Below are positions 10,801 to 18,646 of a DNA stretch of 64,000 nt, piece after piece. The notes beneath the pieces were generated by a model. That model saw only the letters and a program-made list of their open reading frames with translations. It was not told the DNA's origin and searched no databases. The translations under genes and the position numbers were made by a program. Source of the stretch: an uncultured Burkholderiales bacterium (GTDB taxonomy: Bacteria > Pseudomonadota > Gammaproteobacteria > Burkholderiales > Burkholderiaceae_C); assembly GCA_966211105.1 (NCBI GenBank), contig CBIHMU010000014.1, positions 18,032-82,031 of the forward strand, written 5' to 3'. Each line of letters starts with the position of its first letter. Position 1 is the first letter of the stretch.

Positions 10801-13800
10801 GGACAGCGCCTTCACGTCGCCCGTTTCCAGGGCGGCCATCTGGTCGGTGGTCAGGCCGGCGACCTGCTTGGTCGTCAGCGCGCCGACTTGCGCGGAGGTC
10901 AGCGCGGCGACGTTTTCTGTCGACAGGGCGCCGATCTGGGCCGAGCCCAGCGCGGCGACCTGCTGGGTCGTCAGCGCCTGCACGTCGGCCGATTCCATGC
11001 CGTTGACCTGGCCGGTCGTCAGCGCGGCGACCTGGGCGGTCGAGAGCGCGCGGATCTGCGCCGAGCCCAGCGCGTTCAGGTCATCCGTGGCCAGCGCCTG
11101 GACTTGCGCCGTCGTCAGCGCAGCGACCTGGGCGGTCGTCAGCGCGGCGATCTGGTCGGAGTTCAGCGCGTCGATCTGTGCGGTCGTCAGGGCGCGCAGC
11201 GCGTTGGTCGACAGCGCGCGGACGTCCACCGTCTCGATGGCGCCGACCTGGTCGGTGGTCAGGCCGCCGACCTGCTTGGTCGACAGCGGGGCGACCTGCT
11301 GCGAGCTCAGCGCGGCGATGTTCTCGGTCGAGAGCGCGCCGACCTGGTCGGAGTTCAGCGCGACGATCTGCTGCGTGGACAGCGCCTGGACGTCGTTGCT
11401 CTCCATGGTGGCGATCTGGGCGGTCGTCAGGGCGGCGACCTGCTGGGTCGACAGCGCCTTGATCTGGCCGCTCGTCAGCGCGTTCAGGTCGTCGGAGGTG
11501 AGGTTGGCGATCTGGCCCGTGGTCAGCGCGGCGACCTGGGCGGTCGTCAGCGCGGCGATCTGGTCGGAACCCAGCGCGGCGATCTGATCGGTGGTGAGCG
11601 CGCGGATGGCCGCGGTGCCCAGCGCCTTCAGGTCGCCCGTCTCGAGGGCGGCCATCTGGTCGGTCGTCAGACCGGCGACCTGCTTGGTCGACAGCGCGGC
11701 GACCTGCGAGGAGGTCAACGCGACGATGTTGTCGGTGGACAGGGCGCCGACCTGGTCGGAGCTCAGTGCCTGGACCTGACCCGAGCTCAGGGCCTGGACG
11801 TCGGCGCTTTCCATCGTCGAGACCTGGGCGGTCGTCAGGGCGGCGACCTGGGCGGTGCCCAGCGCGCGGATCTGGGCGGAGCCCAGCGCGTTCAGGTCAT
11901 CGCTGGTCAGCCCCTGGACCTGGCCGGTCGTCAGCGCGGCGACCTGCTGCGTCGTCAGCGCGCCGACCTGGGCGGAACCCAGCGCGTCGAACTGGTCGGT
12001 GGTCAGCGAACGGATCGCGGCCGTCGACAGCGCACGCAGGTCCTGCGTTTCCATCGCGGCCATCTGGTCGGTGGTGAGGCCGGCGATCTGCTTGGTCGAC
12101 AGCGCGGCGACCTGCGACGAGGTCAACGCGGCGACGTTGTCGGTCGACAGTGCGCCGATCTGGGTGGAGCTCAGCGCGGCGACCTGCGCCGTGGTCAGCG
12201 CCTGCACGTCGGCGCTCTCCATCGCGGAGACCTGGGCCGTCGACAGCGCGGCGACCTGAGCGGTACCGAGCGCGCGGATCTGGGCCGAGCCCAGCGCGTT
12301 CAGGTCGTCGCTGGACATCGCCTGGACCTGGCCGGTCGTCAGCGCGGCGACCTGGCCGGTCGACAGGGCGGCGACCTGGTCGGAGTTCAGCGCATCGAAC
12401 TGGTCGGTCGTGAGCGAGCGGATCGCGGTCGTGGACATGGCGCGCAGGTCGGCCGTCTCGATGGCGGCGACCTGGTCGGTCGTCAGGCCGGCGATCTGCT
12501 TGGTCGACAGCGCGGCGACCTGCGAGGAGCTCAGCGCGGCGATGTTCTCGGTCGAGAGCGCGCCGACCTGGGCCGAGCCCAGCGCCTGGACCTGGCCGGT
12601 GCTCAGGGCCTGCACATCGGCGCTTTCCATCGCGGAAACCTGGGCCGTCGACAGCGCGGCGACCTGAGCGGTACCGAGCGCGCGGATCTGGGCCGAGCCC
12701 AGCGCATTCAAGTCGTCGCTGGACATCGCCTGCACCTGGCCGGTCGTCAGGGCGGCGACCTGCTGGGTGGACAGGGCGGCGACCTGGTCGGAATGCAGCG
12801 CGTCGAACTGGTCGGTCGTCAGCGAGCGGATCGCGGCGGTCGACAGGGCGCGCAGGTCCTGCGACTCGATGGCGGCCATCTGGTCGGTCGACAGACCGGC
12901 CAGTTGCTTGGAGGTGAGGGTCGCGAACTGTCCCGAGGTCAGCGCGACGATGGCGTCGGTGGACAGCGCGGCGATCTGGGCCGAGCTCAGCGCGGCGACC
13001 TGGCCGGTGGTGAAGGCCTGGACGTCGGCCGATTCCATGCCGGAGACCTGGTCGGTGGACAGCGCGGCGATCTGGGCGGTGCCCAGCGCGCGGATCTGCG
13101 CGCTGCTCAGCGCGTTCAGCTCATCGGTGGACAGCACGGCGACCTGGCCGGTCGTCAGCGCGCCGATCTGGGTGCTGGTCAGCGCCGAGACCTGGTCCGA
13201 ATTCAGCGCCTGGACCTGGTCGGTCGACAGGGCGCGGACGGTGGCGGTCGAGAGCGCCTTCATGTCGTCGGAGCTGATGGCCGCCATCTGGTCGGTCGTC
13301 AGACCCTTGACCTGCGTGGAGCTCAGCGCGCCGATCTGGCCGGAGCTCATCGCCTCGATCGAGTCGGTGCTCAGCGCGCCGACCTGGGAGGAACTCAGCG
13401 CGCGGACCTGCGCGGTCGTCAGCGCCTGCACGTCGGTGCTGTTGACGCCGGCCAGCTGGTCGGTCGTCAGCGCGGCGATCTGCTGGGTGGTGATGGCGCG
13501 GATCTGGTTGGTGTCCAGGGCGGCGATCTCATCGCTGGCCAGCTGGCGGATCTGCTGCGTGGACAACGCGCCGATCTGGGCGGTGGTCAGCGCGGCGATC
13601 TGATCGGAATTCAGCGCGGCGATCTGGTCGGTGCCCAACGCCCGGACGGCGGCGGTGCTCAGCGCGTGGACCGCGTCCGAGGTCAGCGCGGCAGCCTGGT
13701 CGGAGGTCAGTGCGGCGGTCTGCGTGCTGCTCAGCGCGGCGGCCTGGCCGGTGCCCAACGCGGCGACGCCCTCGGTGGAGAGGGCGTGGACCTGCTGCGA

Positions 13801-14283
13801 GCTCAGCGACTTGATCTGGTTGGTGGTCAGGGCCTGGAGGTCGTCCGACGCCATGGAGCCGATCAGGCTGGTGGCGATGGCGGCCACCTGCTGCGTGCTC
13901 AGCGCGCGGATCTGGTCGGAGGCCAGGGCGTTCAGGTCGTCCGACTCCAGGTTGCGCACCTGGCTGGTGGTCATCGCGCCGACCTGCTTGGTCGTCATCG
14001 CGCCGAACTGGTCGGAGCCCAGGGCATTCAGCTGCGCGCTGGTGAAGGTCTGCACCGCGGCGGTGGACAGCGCGCGCAGGTCGTCGGACTCGATGGCGGC
14101 GATGTTGGTCGTCGTGAACAGCGAGACCGCCTTGGTGCCCAGGGTCGCGAACTGCGACGTCGTCAGCGCCTGGAACTGCTCGGTGGTGAACGCGGCCCAG
14201 TCTTCGCTGGTCAGGCGCGCCAGGGTCGTCGACGTGAGGGCGGCGATCTGGTCGGTCGTCAGGTTGGTAATCAGCGATGCCAT
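4831..14283 (-). CDS. Giant repetitive protein (~3150 aa): homogeneous LTTxQVAA octapeptide repeats plus C-terminal FrpC-SPM-like domain
   Basis: ORF 4831..14322; ATG at 14283 preceded by GGAG is the likelier start. C-terminus [11 protein letters not shown]...[28 protein letters not shown]...[15 protein letters not shown]...MTDVWFAKD. Confidence 0.92.
   Translation of the reverse strand: [3150 protein letters not shown]
5600..14250 (-). repeat. Nested coding tandem repeat: 24-nt unit, 408-nt (17-unit) super-repeat, 1800-nt higher-order duplication
   Basis: GACCTGAGCGGTACCGAGCG at 12253 and 12661 (408 apart). Variant blocks recur 1800 nt apart (7646/9446, 8161/9961, 8761/10561); 1800 = 4x408 + 168. 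Confidence 0.9.
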
Positions 14284-14862
14284 CTTGGAACTCCGTGAAC
14301 CTATGGGGGCGGATGCGCCCATAGGCGCGAGTGGGTTGGGTCAGCTTGTGGTTGCCGGGCACCCCAACTTCCGGGTGCCGTCAGTCGGTTTTCGGACGCC
14401 GATTGACAAACTTGAGCTAGCCCGGAAATGTTATTGGTGGCGCGCTTAACGTGAACGGAACAAAAGGGCCCGGAGTCGGCCTCAGTTCACGGTTACAGAA
14501 GCGGCGTAAAGCCCGCGAATGCGGGGGAGGAGATGCTTGCCAAGGCAAGGGATCCTGGCCGCGCCATCGAACGAGCGTTCGCTTGTCATGCGGCAGACAT
14601 TCAATGGTGATCGGCACTTACGCGCCATGCTGAAGGCGGTTCGGAGGTCAAAGCTGCCTGCGACACACGATCAACGCCGCTCCAAGGGCGCTGAAACACG
14701 ATGTAAGCCGTGTGAACAAAGGCCATCGAGGCCACCGCCGACGGAGGGCTCCGGGCGGCGCGCTTTGTGTTCGCCGTGATAAGTTCACGGGTTTTCGGCC
14801 ATCCGCATGACCTCAGTTTTGAAGGTATGCCCACCTCTATTAGTTATTGACAGCCAATTAAT

Positions 14863-15351
14863 ATGACGACAAATGCCACCAAGCCCTATCGGGTCCTCGG
14901 CGTCCAGCAGATCGCGATCGGTGGGCCGGACAAGGCCGCACTGCGCCGGCTGTGGGTGGAGGTGCTGGGGCTGGAGGTCGTCGGCCACTTCGTGTCGGCG
15001 TCGGAAAACGTCGACGAGGACATCTGCGCGATCGGCAACGGCCCCCACCGGATCGAGGTCGACCTGATGCAGCCGCTGGATCCGGAGAAGAAACCGGCGG
15101 TCCATGCGACGCCGCTCAATCACATCGGCCTGTGGGTGGACGATCTGCCCAAGGCGGTCGAATGGATGGCCGCGCACGGGGTGCGCTTCGCGCCTGGTGG
15201 CATCCGCAAAGGGGCGGCCGGCCACGACGTCTGCTTCATCCATCCGAAGAGCAGCGGCGATTACCCGATCGGCGGCGAGGGGGTGCTGATCGAGCTGGTG
15301 CAGGCGCCGCCGGAGGTGGTGGCGGCCTTGGGCGGTTCAGGCGGCCCCTGA
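14863..15351 (+). CDS. VOC-family protein (glyoxalase / methylmalonyl-CoA epimerase-like)
   Basis: [31 protein letters not shown] metal-binding beta-alpha-beta pattern. Confidence 0.85.
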   Translation: MTTNATKPYRVLGVQQIAIGGPDKAALRRLWVEVLGLEVVGHFVSASENVDEDICAIGNGPHRIEVDLMQPLDPEKKPAVHATPLNHIGLWVDDLPKAVEWMAAHGVRFAPGGIRKGAAGHDVCFIHPKSSGDYPIGGEGVLIELVQAPPEVVAALGGSGGP

Positions 15352-15368
15352 ACGGGACCCCGTCGCGA

Positions 15369-16058
15369 TCACCAGAACTTCCACCAGGGGGCGCTCGCCA
15401 CAGGGGCCTCCTGGGCCGTCTTGCGGCGTGTGCCTGAGCGTTGGAAGTGCAGCAGCGGGATGGCGAACGGATCGACGCTCGCGGCACCGCCGCCTTCGAG
15501 CTGATACCCGAACCGGGCGAGCAGCACCGCTTCCCCCAGTTCCAGCGGATGGAAGGGCAAGGGGTAGGCGTTTTCGCCCTCGACGCTGGCCACGCGCTGC
15601 TGCTCCGCCCAGTACGGCGCCTCGAAGGGCAGGGGCTCGCCGATGTTCTCCAGGATGCCGCTGTCGGGCGACAGGCTCAGGGAACGGATGAGCCGGCCGT
15701 CCTCCCAGACGGCGAAGGCGAACCAGTCGACCACGCTGTGCATCGCGTGCAAGGTGATCCGGCGTCTGCCGGCGATGTCGAGGAAGCGTCCCGGCAGCTG
15801 CGACGGATGATCGACGGCGAATTCGCTGGCCGCGATCACGGAGACGCCGGGGAAGCAGCCGATGAACATCAGCGGGTCGGGTGGATTGGTGTAGCTCAGG
15901 TCGCCTTCGCCGATCAGCTCGAGCGTTTCCCCTGGAAAGAGCCGTTCAGCCAGCGCGCGTGTCGCGTCCCGGTCGAGCGCAGGCTGCGCTTCCAGGGCCG
16001 CGCGCGCGTCGCCGTCCGCGATGACGAGCATCCAGGTCTTGGCCCCCATGCGCCACAT
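15369..16058 (-). CDS. Conserved hypothetical protein (MGAKTW-type N-terminus; DUF6928-like, tentative)
   Basis: Coherent 229-aa ORF with RBS-like AAGAGG; ends PWWKFW. Confidence 0.6.
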   Translation of the reverse strand: MWRMGAKTWMLVIADGDARAALEAQPALDRDATRALAERLFPGETLELIGEGDLSYTNPPDPLMFIGCFPGVSVIAASEFAVDHPSQLPGRFLDIAGRRRITLHAMHSVVDWFAFAVWEDGRLIRSLSLSPDSGILENIGEPLPFEAPYWAEQQRVASVEGENAYPLPFHPLELGEAVLLARFGYQLEGGGAASVDPFAIPLLHFQRSGTRRKTAQEAPVASAPWWKFW

Positions 16059-16091
16059 CCTCTTCGTTGCGTGGCGAGCATGGTAATCGCG

Positions 16092-17045
16092 TCAGGCCTC
16101 GTACGGCCCCTTGCCGGGCAGCGCCCAGAGCAGGCCCAGCGTCGCGCCGGCCGGCGCCACGGTGAGGTGGTCCTCGCCGGCCAGCACGCGGCTCTCGATG
16201 CGCAACGAGGGGTAGCGGCGCTTGCGCAGGAGCGATTCGAAGCGGCGCGCATCGGCGACGAGGTCGGTCTCCTTGTTGAAGCGCGGTCCCGGCGCGACGG
16301 CCTCGTAGGCGCCGACATACTGGAAAATTCTCGCCGCCAGATCGGCGTGCTGCTTCGCGTACGCCGCCTCACGGTCGAACATCAGGTGCCGATCGAACCA
16401 GAACGACGGGCTGCCGAGGATGTAGTGGCTGAACAGCGCCGGCTTGGCGAACAGCACCTGTGCCGCGAGGAGCGCCCCATAGGAGTGCCCGAGCAGCACG
16501 CGGCGGTCCGCGTCGAGCTGATACCTCGCCGAGACCGCCGGCACCGCCACGTCGGCCAGGTACTTGAGGTAGGCCGCGCCTTCGCCGTAGCGGGGCGCGC
16601 CATAGCGGTCGGCGGGTCGGCCCGGCCGGCTCCGGGGATCGCTGGGCGTGTAGTCGCGCGACCGCATGTCGACCGCGGACTCGTCCGCGGGCCCCGCCAG
16701 CCCGACGACGGCGAAATCGGCCAGGTTGCGGCCCTGCTGGCCCACGCGGTTGCGCAGGGCCCGCACCAGCGGGAAGGCGTAGGGCGCATCGGTGACGAAG
16801 ACGGCCGGTCGCGGGCCGGCATTCGGCGGGGCGTTCAGCGGCGCGTTCGGCGACGCGTTCGGCGGCAGGTCGATCCAGACCTCGTAGCGTCGCCCGGTGA
16901 CCGGATCGGGCAACGGATGGACGAAGGTGCCGGGGAGGGCGTAGGGCCCGGTGGCCTCCGGCAGCGCGGGCGCGGCGATGGACCGGGCGGTCGGCATCAG
17001 CAGCGAACCCATCGCCGCGGCGAGGACTTGCCTGCGGTCGGTCAT
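16092..17045 (-). CDS. Alpha/beta-hydrolase esterase (IroE-like) with Tat-type signal
   Basis: MTDRRQVL twin-arginine-like N-terminus; GHSYG nucleophile elbow; GEDH; internal PPNA-type 4-aa repeat. Confidence 0.8.
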   Translation of the reverse strand: MTDRRQVLAAAMGSLLMPTARSIAAPALPEATGPYALPGTFVHPLPDPVTGRRYEVWIDLPPNASPNAPLNAPPNAGPRPAVFVTDAPYAFPLVRALRNRVGQQGRNLADFAVVGLAGPADESAVDMRSRDYTPSDPRSRPGRPADRYGAPRYGEGAAYLKYLADVAVPAVSARYQLDADRRVLLGHSYGALLAAQVLFAKPALFSHYILGSPSFWFDRHLMFDREAAYAKQHADLAARIFQYVGAYEAVAPGPRFNKETDLVADARRFESLLRKRRYPSLRIESRVLAGEDHLTVAPAGATLGLLWALPGKGPYEA

Positions 17046-17158
17046 GCGAGGAGTCGGAGCAACAAAGGGGTCGCGAGTGTCCCGCGCCGCGTCGACGGGA
17101 CGCGCCCCGGGCGGGGTTACGGGCGTTACGTCCGCCCGCCCGCCCGACCGCGCGCCGG

Positions 17159-17593
17159 TCAGTCGACCAGGATGTTCCGGTTCTTCAGCGTCAGGTGGAT
17201 CTTGTCGCCCACCGTGTCCTTGTTGAACGGCTTGACGATGTAGCCGGTGGCGCCGAGTTGTGCGGCGCGGATGATGTCTTCCTTGCGGCCCTCGGCGGTG
17301 ACCAGCAGCACCGGCACCTTGCGCAGCGGATCGGATTCGGGCTTGGCTCGCAAGGCCTCCAGGAACTGGAAGCCGTTCATCACCGGCATGTTCACGTCGC
17401 TGAGCACGAAGTGGACCGGCTCGCCGGACTCGGCGGAGAGTTCGAGCTGACGCAATGCGGCTTTGCCGTCCTCGGCTTCGAGGATCTTCTTGAAGCCGAG
17501 TTCGCGCAGCAGTCCGGAAATGATGCGGCGCATGGTCGAGAAATCGTCGACCACCAGGAAACAGAACTCTTCGCGTTTGATCGTCGTGACCAT
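17159..17593 (-). CDS. cheY: Chemotaxis response regulator CheY (orphan)
   Basis: FLVVDDFSTMRRII, LSDVNMPVMNG, VLLVTAE, GYIVKPF motifs. Confidence 0.85.
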   Translation of the reverse strand: MVTTIKREEFCFLVVDDFSTMRRIISGLLRELGFKKILEAEDGKAALRQLELSAESGEPVHFVLSDVNMPVMNGFQFLEALRAKPESDPLRKVPVLLVTAEGRKEDIIRAAQLGATGYIVKPFNKDTVGDKIHLTLKNRNILVD

Positions 17594-17664
17594 GTGGAAC
17601 CCCTTCAGGGGGGAATCCTATCGCGTCGGGGTCGGCGCCGGGGCGCTGCGGGTAGCATGCCTGG

Positions 17665-18459
17665 ATGAGCTTCACAACGCCTGACCCCGTCGCCGCCCTG
17701 CTGCGCCACGCCGCCTCCCAATGGATCGCGCCGCGTTTCCGCCATCTGGCGGACGACGAGGTGATGGAAAAGGCCCCGGGGGAGTGGGTCACGACCGTCG
17801 ACCGCGATGTCGAGGCCTTCCTGACGCCCGAACTGCGCGCGCTGGTGCCCGGCTCGCGCGTCGTCGGCGAAGAGCAGTGCGCCGAGACGCCGGAACTGCT
17901 CGACCAGCTCGACGAAGGCGCCGTCTGGCTGGTCGATCCGCTGGACGGGACCTTCAACTTCATCTCCGGGCGGGAGCCGCTGTCGTCGATGGTGGCGCTG
18001 CTGGAAGACGGCGTGACCGTCGGCGCGTGGATGCTGGACCCGATCTCGGGCGTGCTGCATCACGCCCGGCGCGGGCAGGGCGCCTGGCGCGAGGCGCAGC
18101 GGCTGCAGGCGGCCTCGGGGCCGGGTTTGAAACGGGCGGTGGTGAAGACGCGCTTCCTGCCCCAGGACCATCAGGACCGGGTGGCCACCTGGCAGGGCGT
18201 CGAGATCCTGTCGGGCCTCAACTGCGCCGGCGCCGAGTACCCCGCGCTGGCCGAAGGCGCTTTCGACGCGACGCTGTACTGGCGCAAACTCGCCTGGGAC
18301 CATGCGCCCGGTACCCTGTTCATCGCCGAGGCCGGCGGGTTCGCGGCGCGGCTGGACGGTACCCCGTACCGCGCGGGCGACCGGCAACCAGGGCTGCTTG
18401 TGGCGCGCAGTCGCGAGGTGTGGGAAGAGGCGGCGGCCGCCTGGAGGATGACTTCGTGA
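17665..18459 (+). CDS. Inositol monophosphatase family protein
   Basis: VGEE, WLVDPLDGTFNF, WDHAPG motifs. Confidence 0.88.
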   Translation: MSFTTPDPVAALLRHAASQWIAPRFRHLADDEVMEKAPGEWVTTVDRDVEAFLTPELRALVPGSRVVGEEQCAETPELLDQLDEGAVWLVDPLDGTFNFISGREPLSSMVALLEDGVTVGAWMLDPISGVLHHARRGQGAWREAQRLQAASGPGLKRAVVKTRFLPQDHQDRVATWQGVEILSGLNCAGAEYPALAEGAFDATLYWRKLAWDHAPGTLFIAEAGGFAARLDGTPYRAGDRQPGLLVARSREVWEEAAAAWRMTS

Positions 18460-18460
18460 G

Positions 18461-18550
18461 GCCAGGCGCGGGCTCTCCACGGGGCATGAGGGCTCCCTCC
18501 TGGACCCTCAAGCCCCATTCCGGCCCCAGCTGCACTCGTTGACTCCCGGT
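18461..18550. repeat. ~90-bp structured intergenic element, copy 1
   Basis: Homologous to 59543-59633; shares CATTCCGGCCCCAG-N8-GTTGACTSCCGGT and GCGCGGGCNCTCCACG; nested stems GGGGC/GCCCC and TGAGGG/CCCTCA. Confidence 0.7.
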
Positions 18551-18646
18551 CTTCTTTGCGCTCGCTGACTTCGGGTGGGCGTTGAGCGTTGAGCGTTGAT
18601 GGTGGGCTGGGTCGGTGCGGAACGCCGATTGCCGCCTTTGCCGTCG

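Noticed and set aside
5600-14250. CRISPR-like regular repeat
   Set aside because: Repeats are contiguous, in frame and degenerate at third positions, with no unique spacers and no cas genes.
4867-14298. 3143-aa ORF on the + strand opposite the giant repeat gene (and similar ORFs over 215-4711)
   Set aside because: Shadow frame: repetitive GC-rich codons lack antisense stops; the translation is an Arg/Gly/Gln mirror with no domain or RBS.
14846-14851. Perfect TTGACA upstream of the VOC gene
   Set aside because: No -10 hexamer at 16-18 bp; the spacing would fall inside the CDS.
18461-18480. Glycine-riboswitch-like TGGAGAG on the minus strand
   Set aside because: The downstream GCCGAAG and CUCAGG elements are absent.
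18579-18599. GCGTTGA x3 microrepeat
   Set aside because: Short, with no evident functional context; noted only because it lies beside the 90-bp element.
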